A stretch of DNA of 64,000 nt from Polyangiaceae bacterium (GTDB lineage: Bacteria > Myxococcota_A > Polyangia > Polyangiales > Polyangiaceae): assembly GCA_044376115.1 (NCBI GenBank), contig JBILLK010000012.1, positions 160,001 through 224,000 of the forward strand. The letters are read 5' to 3'. The notes beneath the pieces were generated by a model that saw only the letters and a list, made by a program, of their open reading frames with translations, was not told the origin of the DNA and did not search any database. Of this stretch, positions 22,480 through 32,300 are shown piece by piece (the stretch's first letter is position 1; each line of letters begins with the position of its first letter). A program made the translations under genes and the position numbers.

Positions 22480-23190
22480 ATGTGCCCTCATTGTCGGACC
22501 AGCGCCCCTCTGATCTATCGCGGTGTCACTGCGTATTGCGCGGCATGTGGAAGACAGCGGACGGCACTTTCAGCCGACAGTCTCACGTATGCCGGTAAGC
22601 CAGCCCAGCTGGGAGCCTCGGTGGTGCGCGCGTTTGGTTGGGTGGGCCTGATGGCCGGTCTTCTGTTTGCGATCGTGACCGGCCTGTTAGTTGGGGTGAT
22701 TGGAACACCCGTAGCCGGCCTGATTACCTTCGCCGCTTTTGCGCTCTTCAGCGCGCTGGTGTTTTACCTCGTGCGTCGCGGCGGCAGAGCCTTGGATGAG
22801 TCAGGGCAGGAATCCCTTGAAAGGAAGCAGGAGCAGGCGCTTTACGCACTCGCCGCGCGCAACGGTGGCATGGTGCACGCCTTCCAAGCAGCAGCGGCGC
22901 TCGATCTGACGGTTGACCAAGCGGACGCTGTGCTGACTCGTCTCAACCGCGCACGTCCCCTTGAGATTCAAGTGGAATTGAGTGACGACGGTCAGATTTT
23001 TTACGCCTTCGCACAGCAGCAAGAGCGGCGCAGATTTGCCGAACCTGCCGAGCGTCGCGTCCGCTTCGCCTCGCATCCGGGGCAAACCAGTGAGGTTGCG
23101 AGTGCCGCCCGCCCAATTCAGAGTGGAGCTGCACCAGCGATCGTGGATGCCGACTTCGAGCCGCTCCAGCGAACAAGCCGGCGGAGCTAG
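22480..23190 (+). CDS. Zinc-ribbon-containing membrane protein
   Basis: CPHC...CAACG at the N-terminus, two TM helices, winged-helix-like segment; alternative start 22432. Confidence 0.7.
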   Translation: MCPHCRTSAPLIYRGVTAYCAACGRQRTALSADSLTYAGKPAQLGASVVRAFGWVGLMAGLLFAIVTGLLVGVIGTPVAGLITFAAFALFSALVFYLVRRGGRALDESGQESLERKQEQALYALAARNGGMVHAFQAAAALDLTVDQADAVLTRLNRARPLEIQVELSDDGQIFYAFAQQQERRRFAEPAERRVRFASHPGQTSEVASAARPIQSGAAPAIVDADFEPLQRTSRRS

Positions 23191-23238
23191 CTACTCAGCC
23201 GCATTCCGCTCGCAGTTCCATGCTACGAGCATGTCCTT

Positions 23239-23859
23239 GTGGAGGAGTTCTTCGGAGCGCAGGGGAAAGCTCGATTTGCGAGCGTCATCAGTCGAGCCTC
23301 GGTGAAGACCAGAGCCGAGATCGTGGTAGCGCTCCGTCGGCGAGCGACGCCCTACCCTGAGGTTGCGTTCTTAGGCGGTGGCGCGCTTGCCTTGCTGTAT
23401 CTCGCAGTCTTCCTCTACTACCCAGAGCCCTTCGCCTACGCGCTCCTTCCGGTTGAACTACTTGGCATGTTTGCGATCGGGGCGTTGCTTGCCACCTCCA
23501 GTTCGCGCCTGCACCGGCTGCTAACCGCAGCGAAACGACGCTCACGTGCAGTCCAGCAGGCCGCGAGCCTCGCCTTTTTGGAGCTTGGGGTCGGCACACG
23601 CGGGAAGGTGCCCGGCGTGCTGGTGTTCGTCGCTGGGCTCGAACAGACCGTGGAGCTCGCGACCGATGCAGTCACCCGCAAACGGCTCGGTCCGCAGCTA
23701 GAGGCTGTCGCTAAGAAACTCGACCGCTCTGTTCGGCTCGATCAAGACCTGCAGAGATTCGAGCAAGCGCTGCTCGAGCTAGTCGCGACTTTGGGCGAGC
23801 ACTTTCCGAATGACGCGGAGGCCGAAGCCGGGGCGGACAACAACGAGGACCCGTCGTGA
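23239..23859 (+). CDS. TPM-domain-like membrane protein
   Basis: KTRAEIVVA, two TM helices, A..AFLELGV..RG..GVLVFV..LE..VEL..D. Confidence 0.7.
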   Translation: MEEFFGAQGKARFASVISRASVKTRAEIVVALRRRATPYPEVAFLGGGALALLYLAVFLYYPEPFAYALLPVELLGMFAIGALLATSSSRLHRLLTAAKRRSRAVQQAASLAFLELGVGTRGKVPGVLVFVAGLEQTVELATDAVTRKRLGPQLEAVAKKLDRSVRLDQDLQRFEQALLELVATLGEHFPNDAEAEAGADNNEDPS

Positions 23860-24350
23860 GCCGACTGACGCGAGTTGTGGTCGTAGCCCTTGGTTTGGTC
23901 CTCGGAAGCTCCAGCAGCGCGCTAGCACGCCCTGCAATTCAGCCTTCGGCCGCACCGTCCACCCAGCGGCCCAAGCCCATTCACGGCAAGCAACCGGCTC
24001 CACAACCGAAGCCCGTCGAGCCGTGGACGCAAACGCCCAAGTACGGCGCACCTTGGAAGAAACCACCGGCTCAAACGGATAAGCGCAGCCCGCCGATCGG
24101 TGGCTCAGCCTTCGAGTTCTTCTTTTGGATTTGGGCGCTCCTTGGAGTTGTTGCGAGCGCTGCGTGGGTCAGGGCAAGGCGCAAGAGCGTTGATTGGGAG
24201 CTGCGCAGCGCTGGAGTGCTACCGACGGATGGCAGCCCCCAAAGCGAGCCCACGCAAACCCCAAGGAAAGCCCCACGAGACGAAGACGATGCAGGGGACT
24301 CCAACAACGACGCCGAGAGCGAGCGGCTCAGCAGCCGTGGTGAACCCTAG
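23856..24350 (+). CDS. Hypothetical exported Pro-rich single-pass membrane protein
   Basis: GTGA overlap with upstream gene; signal peptide, Pro-rich stalk, one TM helix, acidic tail. Confidence 0.55.
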   Translation: MSRLTRVVVVALGLVLGSSSSALARPAIQPSAAPSTQRPKPIHGKQPAPQPKPVEPWTQTPKYGAPWKKPPAQTDKRSPPIGGSAFEFFFWIWALLGVVASAAWVRARRKSVDWELRSAGVLPTDGSPQSEPTQTPRKAPRDEDDAGDSNNDAESERLSSRGEP

Positions 24351-24358
24351 CGCAGAGG

Positions 24359-25168
24359 TTAGCTCGACGTTTCTGCCGAGTGCACCGATGACTTCTGCGT
24401 TAGCCCTGGTCCCTTGACCCAGACAAACATGGCAGCGAAGGACATCAGCACGCCGCCAATGATAGCTGGTGCTCCAGCGGCCAAAGCACCGTCCGCTAAC
24501 TCGCCACGCACGAACGACAACTCCAAGAGACCACCGCGCACCAGCGGGCCGGATACGGCAAGCACTACGCTGTGCGCCACAATCGCAGCCCAGGCGCCAG
24601 ACCAGCGCGCATAGATCGCTGCGAACAGAAGCCCAGAGCACAGCGAGAAAAAGACAGCAGGTACACTCGCACCGCTCAACAGGAAGCCCGTGGGCGAAAG
24701 GAGCGCGGTGAATATCACGATTGGGCCGTCTGCAACGCCAGCCTCCCGCGCGAACCGAAAGGGCAACGCACGGAGCAGTAGCTCGTCACGAATCGCTTGG
24801 GTGAACGCGCCAAGCAAAGAAGCCAAAAGCATGACCGAAGGAGCACCAGCGCGAATGGCTGCAAAGCCTCCGACAAGGCTCGCAGCGAGCGCAAGGCCGA
24901 TCGCGACGAACGCTACTGCCCCGGCATAAACGCAACGCTTTCGCAGCTGCGTACGCTCAATCTCCTCGCTAACCCACGCCACGCCAGCGCGTCCGCTCGC
25001 AACATCAACGATCAGCGCGCCGAGCACGGCCTCCGCCAAGGGGGAGTTGCCAAGAAAGGACGCCAGCGCCAATAGCAGCGCGCGAATTCCCAAGATCCAA
25101 GCAACGCCGGAGAGCAGCAGGAGTGCGGGCGTTTGCGAGGGCTCAGTGGAGGGTGTGCCAGTTGCCAT
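24359..25168 (-). CDS. CPBP (Abi/CAAX protease) family intramembrane protein
   Basis: Multi-TM; RDELLLR (EExxxR variant) and WAAIVAH motif; ORF track start 25228. Confidence 0.7.
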   Translation of the reverse strand: MATGTPSTEPSQTPALLLLSGVAWILGIRALLLALASFLGNSPLAEAVLGALIVDVASGRAGVAWVSEEIERTQLRKRCVYAGAVAFVAIGLALAASLVGGFAAIRAGAPSVMLLASLLGAFTQAIRDELLLRALPFRFAREAGVADGPIVIFTALLSPTGFLLSGASVPAVFFSLCSGLLFAAIYARWSGAWAAIVAHSVVLAVSGPLVRGGLLELSFVRGELADGALAAGAPAIIGGVLMSFAAMFVWVKGPGLTQKSSVHSAETSS

Positions 25169-26180
25169 CGTGTTCGACTTTAGGGATCTCACTGGATTTT
25201 GTTCGGGTCGCAAGCACGTGGCGCTCATGCTGTCCGCGGCTGCGTGGGTTCACGCGACGGTGAACGCGCGACTTGGACTCCCTAAGCCAAACCCCGGCGT
25301 TCAGCGAAGTAGCGCTCGCCGCGGCGCGAGCTCGACCAGCCCGTCTGGCAAGGAAGCGCCATACGCCCAACGTCGTTGCAACCACCAGCACGCCCAGCGC
25401 GGCCACAAATCCCATGTGGCGACGCGCGGTCTCTTGATGCCACGCCATCTGAATGTCGCCTTCAGGAACCGACGACGCGCGCTCCAACGCAGTCTCGAAC
25501 GAAGCCCCTTGCTGCAACTCACGAGTAAGGCGTTCGAAGCCTCGATCGTGCCCCGCCACAAACCGAGCGAGGTCCCGAGCTGCAGCGCGCTCCTCAGCGC
25601 AGCCACCGACACAGTCGGCGCGGTCGAGCCTTGCAAGCGAATCGATAGAGGGGAGTCTGTCGTTCCAAGCCAGCTGCGCAAGCGTCCGGGTCTCTCCGAA
25701 ACCCACACCCAGAGAGAAGTACTCCGCAAAGGCCGTTTCGAACCATGTTGGGGCCAGCGCGCCGCCGGCCTCATGAAACGCGCGGCGGGCTAGCGAGAAA
25801 CGTGCAGCGGCGAGCAGGTCCACGGCCTCGCCCCGCGCATCTTTACTGGCGATTCGAAGAGCGTCACCACTTCCCCCAGGCCCTCCGTGCCAGAGTTCAT
25901 CGGGACTTGCGGCCACTTCAAGTGAAACCTCGCTCAACACCGATACTCCCAGCCGACCTTCGAGTTCTCGACGCACCAGGGGCAGTTCAGCGACCAACCG
26001 GCGCACCCGTTCCCGCGCCGACGGATGGTAACTTACGTGAAACCCTTCGATCTCAGTCTCCAGATAGACAGGAGGAGACATCGCGTTCGTACGTTCCACG
26101 GGCAATTCGGCGGCGGCCGAGCTGGCAAGGGTGCAGCCTGCAACTACGAAAAGGACCGTTGCCAGGCGCGCTAGGGTCAC
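25143..26180 (-). CDS. Peptidase-MA-like exported protein with C-terminal TM helix; zinc motif apparently lost
   Basis: Signal peptide; APTWFETAFAEY resembles P.WF.EG.A; no HExxH; C-terminal TM helix and basic tail. Confidence 0.6.
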   Translation of the reverse strand: MTLARLATVLFVVAGCTLASSAAAELPVERTNAMSPPVYLETEIEGFHVSYHPSARERVRRLVAELPLVRRELEGRLGVSVLSEVSLEVAASPDELWHGGPGGSGDALRIASKDARGEAVDLLAAARFSLARRAFHEAGGALAPTWFETAFAEYFSLGVGFGETRTLAQLAWNDRLPSIDSLARLDRADCVGGCAEERAAARDLARFVAGHDRGFERLTRELQQGASFETALERASSVPEGDIQMAWHQETARRHMGFVAALGVLVVATTLGVWRFLARRAGRARAAASATSLNAGVWLRESKSRVHRRVNPRSRGQHERHVLATRTKSSEIPKVEHDGNWHTLH

Positions 26181-27088
26181 CGAGGAACCGTGCCTTCAAT
26201 CCGAACTGTGCCCTCGCTGACATCCGTTGTTTGAGAAACCACGAGCACCGTCAGTCCGAGCGCTGCCACACCTCCAGCGGCGATCCAAAACCATGGGCTA
26301 TCGATCAATCCCGTCTTGCCAGCAGGTGCGTCCGGAATCGGCGCCCACCATTCAAAGGGAGCGAGCGCAACCTGATTTCTTTCGGGCAACGAGCACATTG
26401 GCCCAGCCAAAGCCTCCCCCTCGATCGCTCGCGAACAAGGTGGCGAGAGGACCAGCTCGCGCGCTGCTTGCGCGACCTCGGTCGGCGACGCTTGTGGGAG
26501 CGGAAACGCGAGTTCGAAACGCAAAGGGTCAACGAATAGGGCCGGGCCGCTGGTCCCTTCGGGCATGCGATGCACCACAAGCACCTCAGTGGTGGCGCTG
26601 GTGTCTGCGCCCAAAGGCGGCTCCACGACCCGCACGAGCAACAGTGCGCGTGTGTTGGTTTGCTTGGCGACGGCAGCAAGCAGCACCTGGGTTGCAGGCC
26701 CATCGATAGGGCTGGTGAGAGCCGCTCGCAGGTCACGCAGCGAAATTGCTGCAGCACTTTCACTCACGTCCTCAGCACCACAGAGCGCCCGCACCGAGGC
26801 CTCGTCGACCCGCGGGGCGAGGCCGTCTTGTGCGTAAACAGTGCGGGCGACCTCTTTGCACAGCTGGCTGCTGCTCTCGGAAACAGGCCCCCAAAGCACA
26901 ACCCCGACCCCAGTGCCAAGCTCGGATGGCTGGGCGCAGAGTGGCTCGGCAACGAGGCTGACCGCACCAAGTGTGACCACGATAGGCCAGCGATTGCCCA
27001 GCGCGACGAACGACCGGCGGACAAGCAACAGGGCGGCGGTGACCATCGAGACAAGCGTAGACGATCGCCATCGCGAAAAGACGGGCAT
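26177..27088 (-). CDS. Hypothetical exported protein with C-terminal TM helix
   Basis: Hydrophobic N-terminus; SPWFWIAAGGVAALGLTVLV near the C-terminus; GTGA coupling to the next gene. Confidence 0.65.
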   Translation of the reverse strand: MPVFSRWRSSTLVSMVTAALLLVRRSFVALGNRWPIVVTLGAVSLVAEPLCAQPSELGTGVGVVLWGPVSESSSQLCKEVARTVYAQDGLAPRVDEASVRALCGAEDVSESAAAISLRDLRAALTSPIDGPATQVLLAAVAKQTNTRALLLVRVVEPPLGADTSATTEVLVVHRMPEGTSGPALFVDPLRFELAFPLPQASPTEVAQAARELVLSPPCSRAIEGEALAGPMCSLPERNQVALAPFEWWAPIPDAPAGKTGLIDSPWFWIAAGGVAALGLTVLVVSQTTDVSEGTVRIEGTVPR

Positions 27089-27127
27089 TCAGCTCCATCG
27101 AGACGCCCGCGGCCCGGGCTCCGTGCT

Positions 27128-29320
27128 ATGAGCAGCGCGTCTATGTCATTCAATCAGGAGCCTGTAGCAGGAGACCCGGCGGGAGCTCCGTCGCTTGCGG
27201 TGGGCGCATACAGTGAAGCGCTAGTTCGCGGACGACGCGTGCTTGTTTTGGGGGACGCCACGTCGCCCCTCGCTGAACAACTGGCCGCCCGTGGCGCCAG
27301 GTTGGTTCACGTCTACGACACGCATCCAGGCCGAGTGAGCGTTGGCATGGCCAAGCGCGCGGCTGGAGACGGTCGCTCCAATATCGTCATTGCTCAGCTA
27401 GGGGATGACGTCGGTGTTCGCGATGGCGCTTTTGATGTCGTGGTCATCCCTGACCTGCCGTTGCTTGGCAGTGACATCAACGACCTGATTCGGCGTGCAC
27501 GCCGGCTCGTATCTCCGCTCGGAGTGGTGGTGATCGCCTCGCCAAACCCGGAAGCGGAGCGCTTCTTGGCGCTACCGCCCGCCAACCGTGAAGGTGCTCC
27601 TAGCTACTACGACCTGTTCGATGCCGTTTCGCTGCAATTTGCTGACGTGCGCATGTTGGGTCAGGCGCCCTTCGTTGGCTACGCGATCGTAGATTTCGCA
27701 GAAGCAGATCCTGCCGTTTCCGTCGACACCTCGCTGTTGGTCGAGCCTGAAGCTCCGGAGTGGTACATCGCCATCGCCAGCGACCGGCCGCAGACCTTGG
27801 ATCCCTATTCCTTGGTGGCCGTCCCGCTCGAAACGATCGCGGCTGCGATGCCAGACGAGCACGCGACGATCCAGCCGCCCCCGATGCAGCTGCAGCCTGA
27901 TCTGCCAAGCGATGACGAGGTGCAACTTGCGGAAGCAAGAGCGCGCATCACAGTTCTCACGACCGAGAACGAGCGCTTGCGAGAGGCCCAAGCGGCGTTA
28001 GCGCGATCGGAACGGCTTGCTTCTGACGCCACCGCAAGAGCTTCTAGCTTCGAGCTGCGCGTGACCGAGCTCGAGGCCGAGCGCGCCGCAGCCGTACTCA
28101 AAGCACAAAGCTTCGAGAGGCGCACCGAGGAGTTGGAACGCGCGCTCAACGACGCTGCACAAAGTCGAAGCTCGGCGCTGGCGGATGCTGCGCGAATTCG
28201 TGAGGTCGCAGTGGCCGACGCGACGCTAGCGCGCGAGGCGGCCTTGGCCGATGCGCGTGCTGCGAGGGAGGCGGCGGCACGCGACGTTGGGGATCGCGAC
28301 CACAAGATCGCCGAGCTCACCGCCCGTGTCGACACGCTACGGGTCGAGATTGAGCGCAAGTCCGAGGCTCTGCAGAAGAACGAGACACTCGCGATCGCTG
28401 CTCTACAGAAACGTAACGCCGAGCTCGAAGCGCAAATTCTCGCACTGGACCCGCCGACCCTGCGCTCCAAGGAGATGCGGGAGCAGCGCATCTTGGCGCT
28501 TGAAGGCCAACGCAATGAGCTACTCGCGCGTGAGAAGGAGCTACTCGCAAAAGAGAAGGATCTGCGAGCCACCGAGCGTGAATTGCGCGCGAGCCTGGCC
28601 GAGATAACCACGCAGGTAAGTGAGCTCTCGCGACGTCATCAACAAGCCGAGCAGCAACGAGTTGAAGCAGAGGAGCGCCGAAATACCGCTGAAGCCGAAC
28701 GCGAAGCGGCAGAGCGTGCACTAGCCGAGCGTCCGGCCGAGAACCTCAGCGAACTTGAAGCGGCGCTCAGCGAGGAACGCAGTAACGTTGCCAACCTCGA
28801 GGACGAGCGTCGTAAGCTGGAGGCAGCGCTTCAGCGTCGCGGGCACGACCTACAGCTCGTTCAACGCGAGAACGACGAGCTAGCGCGCGTTGGAAAGGAA
28901 CTCTTGCGTGAGTTCTTGGCAGCGTCCAGCGGCCACCCGCAACCAGTAGGCGGTGGCTCGAGCGGTGGTGGGATCGGAAGCAGCAATCAATCGCCGTCGA
29001 CCACTTCTCGGGACGAGACGGATGAATTGAAGCGTCGGCTTGACGCTGCGGTGAATGAGGCGGCTCGCCGTGAAGCAGACCGTGTGGCAGCCAATTGGAA
29101 GGTTGCGCAACTGACGCGAGAGCTACGAGAGAGGCCTGCCACGTCGGATTCGTCGGACGTGCGCACCCGTGAACTCGAGCGCGCGCTCTTTCGGGCGCAG
29201 CAAGAGCTAGCGCTCGTTAAGTCGGGCGCAGCAAAGGCTAATGAGCCCGCGCGGGATCTCGTGGAGGACGCCGTGCTCCTGGAGCAGGTCGGCCACCCAC
29301 GTGAGCTTCTAGCGCCATGA
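27128..29320 (+). CDS. Methyltransferase-like N-terminal domain fused to a long coiled coil
   Basis: RGRRVLVLGD...VHVYD...DGAFDVVV...RRLVSPLGVVVIASPN, then about 450 aa of E/R/A/L heptad sequence; ATG 27128 within ORF 26570..29320. Confidence 0.8.
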   Translation: MSSASMSFNQEPVAGDPAGAPSLAVGAYSEALVRGRRVLVLGDATSPLAEQLAARGARLVHVYDTHPGRVSVGMAKRAAGDGRSNIVIAQLGDDVGVRDGAFDVVVIPDLPLLGSDINDLIRRARRLVSPLGVVVIASPNPEAERFLALPPANREGAPSYYDLFDAVSLQFADVRMLGQAPFVGYAIVDFAEADPAVSVDTSLLVEPEAPEWYIAIASDRPQTLDPYSLVAVPLETIAAAMPDEHATIQPPPMQLQPDLPSDDEVQLAEARARITVLTTENERLREAQAALARSERLASDATARASSFELRVTELEAERAAAVLKAQSFERRTEELERALNDAAQSRSSALADAARIREVAVADATLAREAALADARAAREAAARDVGDRDHKIAELTARVDTLRVEIERKSEALQKNETLAIAALQKRNAELEAQILALDPPTLRSKEMREQRILALEGQRNELLAREKELLAKEKDLRATERELRASLAEITTQVSELSRRHQQAEQQRVEAEERRNTAEAEREAAERALAERPAENLSELEAALSEERSNVANLEDERRKLEAALQRRGHDLQLVQRENDELARVGKELLREFLAASSGHPQPVGGGSSGGGIGSSNQSPSTTSRDETDELKRRLDAAVNEAARREADRVAANWKVAQLTRELRERPATSDSSDVRTRELERALFRAQQELALVKSGAAKANEPARDLVEDAVLLEQVGHPRELLAP

Positions 29321-29327
29321 AACGGAG

Positions 29328-32300
29328 ATGATCGGAATGAGACGGAGAAGGTGGGCGCTCGCAGTCTGGACGTTGCTTTCCCTCTCAGGTTGCGCCGCGA
29401 CTGCAGAGCAAGCGCGGGACCCGCTCCTCGCTGCTCGTGAAGCTGCGGAGTCATCCAATGACCCGGAACTGCTGGGCCGGGCGCTGCTGGTAGAATTGAT
29501 CGCTCCAGGAGGGGCCACTACCAAGGTCAGCGCACTGCGGGCGCGCGTTGATGGGAACTCACAGGCTAAGGGTGCGTACGCTTCGCTTGCGCGCGCACTC
29601 GACGACGAGCTGCATGGGTCGCTCACCAGCGCATCTGGCCACTACCTCCAAACCCTCGAGGCACTGAGCAGCAGCGATTCTGCAGAGACGGCCTTGTTGG
29701 CCTCGTTTGCGAGCGTGCGTTTGCGCATGCTGCGAGGCGTAACGGACAGCTTTTTCACGAGCAACCAACCTCGCCTGAGAACCCTCTTCGAGCGGCCCGG
29801 TAGAATTGGCTACCGCGCACGCACGGACCTCCTCACGATGCTGCGACCAGAAAAGACGACCGCGGCAAGCCGAGCTCAATTCGGTGCCGATGGCGGTTGT
29901 ATGGCGGCCGCGCGCTTTGCTGGGCCCTTTGGCAAACCAGCCAATGGCGACATCTTTGTTAGGTTCGCAGCCGAGGAACCAACTCCATGGCCAACCGCGT
30001 TCCCGCCCTCACGTGCGGACGGTACGTCGCCTGTGGTTCGCGCGGGTCAGGCGGAGGAGTGCACCCTCGCAGCCGTTGGTTCGCCTGAGGCCAATGCCGC
30101 AGGGACTCACTACGTCGAGAGCTTCATCACCGTGGACCAAGAGGTCACGGGGTTGCTCTCCGTGTCAGGAGCGCTCGCGATCCGAATCAACGGGTGGGAG
30201 GTCGCCAAATACGATCCACGGAACTTCGCCACCTTCGCCAATTCCGTCGTAGCCGTTCGTCTGCCCGCAGGCCGACATCGCGTCGTGGCGCGGCTGCTTT
30301 CTCCGTCGACCGAGATGCGCTTCATTGATCGTTGGGGCCTTCCCATCGCAAGCAGGGCAGACACGGATGGCGCATTGCCCCACTCGCTTGCCAAGCCCAC
30401 GGTCGAGCACAACCATCATCCTCTCGCGCCCTGGCTTCGAGCCGCGCGGTTGGTGGAGCCCGGCAACTGGCCACCGCCGCCGCCATCGCTCGCGCCGATC
30501 GACGTGGAAGATCCCGTATTGCGGTACATCGCTTCGGCGCTCTCGAGCAGTGAAGGTCACCACGACCTTGCAACGGTGTTGCTTGAACCTTTGGTGAAGG
30601 AGCAAGCGCGGGCGACCGCGGCATCGTTGGCGCTCGCAGCCTTTGCTGCCGAAGAAGATCCCATCTTCAGCAAGAACGACGCTCGAGACCTCGCGTTTCT
30701 TTATCGCAAAGAAGCGGTGAACAAAGACGCGCGGCTCTGGTACGCGCAGCTCTGGTTGCTCATCCACACGGCAGAGAAAGAAGGCGAGAAAACCGCGCTC
30801 GAACCGCTGACCGAGTTGGCGCGCAACTTCCCGGAAGTGCCGGCGATCGGCAAAGCCCTTTACTCCCTCTATGGACGGCTTGGTTATCGGCCAGAGCAAA
30901 AGCGCGTAGTCGCTGACCTGGCCCGAAGATTTCCCGCTGACGTTGAGGTCTTGCGCTCCTATGTGAGCTCGCTCGAGGAGGACGGCAAACGCAAGGAGGC
31001 GCGCGAGCTCGCGGTACGTGTGGATGAGCTAGCCGGTTCGCGCGGCTTCGCGTTTGAGCGCGCCGTTGGCCGTGGGGACTGGGACCTCGCACGCAGCCTG
31101 CTGCAACTCGACCTCGCCGAAGCTGAGGGCACCATGCGTGAGCAGCTAGCCCTACGCGTGGAGGAGCTCGAGGTTCGTGGCGGCCACAAGGCGGAGACAA
31201 GAGGGTCACTCGAGAAGGAGCTCGAGCTCGATCCAACCAACGTAAAGAAGTCGATGGGATTGGCCGACTTTCTCCTCTCCCGTGGGGACCACACGGCACT
31301 GCGAGCTGCTTTGGCGCAGGCCCACCGCGACGGAACGGACCCGTCGGAGGTTCGTGATGCGATCGAGCTCGTCGACGGCGAGACAGACCTGTCTCCCTTC
31401 CGAATTGACGGGCTCGCCGAAATTCGCGCGTACGAGGCTTCCGGCGCAGCGCAGGCTGGGCAGCAAAAGACACGCGGAGGAACGGCGGCCCGCGTTCTCG
31501 ACTACGCGACGTTGTGGGTCTACCGCGATGGATCAGCGCGCATGCTCGAGCACGAGATCCTCCACATGCAGTCGAGCGAGGCCATCGCACGACACGCGGA
31601 ACAACAGCTGCCGAACGGCAAGCTGCTACGGATTCGCACCGTCAAGGCAGACGGCTCGATCCACGAACCGGAGATCGTCTCCGGTAAGCCGACGGCGACG
31701 ATGCCCCACCTCGCGGTTGGTGACTACATCGAGACCGAAACGCTGATCGATCTGCCCGGGGATGGTCGCGGAGAACGCTTCATCAGCCCACGTTGGTTCT
31801 TCCGCGAGGAGGGTGTTGATTACCAGCGCAGTGAGTTTGTCGTCGTCACCCCGCGTTTGCGCGAGCTGGTGGTCGAGACCACCGGCGATGTCCCGGCCCC
31901 AGCCGTCCAGGAAAATGGTCAGGTCATTGTGCGTCGCTTCCGAGTGGACAAGAGCCCAGCCCTACCCAATGAGCCGTTCTCAGCACCGGCCAGCGAGTTT
32001 CTGCCGAGCGTCCGCTTCGGGTGGGGCATCGACGAGAAGACCACGCTCGACCGACTTCGAGACGCAACTCTCGACCTCGAACCGGAGGACCCGCGGCTCG
32101 TGCGCGTCGCTCGCACGATCATCACAGAGTCCTCAAAGTCGGAAGAGCAGCTTGAGCTGCTTGCAAAGATTCCGACGCGTGAGCGCGCCAAGCGACTCTA
32201 CCGTTGGGTGCTTGAGAACATCGAGCCCGGCAACGAGTCGGATGCTCGTCGCTCGATCATGGCGCGCAGCGGGAGCCCCGTGCGAGCCTTCCTTTACCTC

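Noticed and set aside
26570..27127. N-terminal extension of the 916-aa ORF
   Set aside because: Overlaps the opposite-strand gene 26177..27088; the recognisable domain begins after ATG 27128
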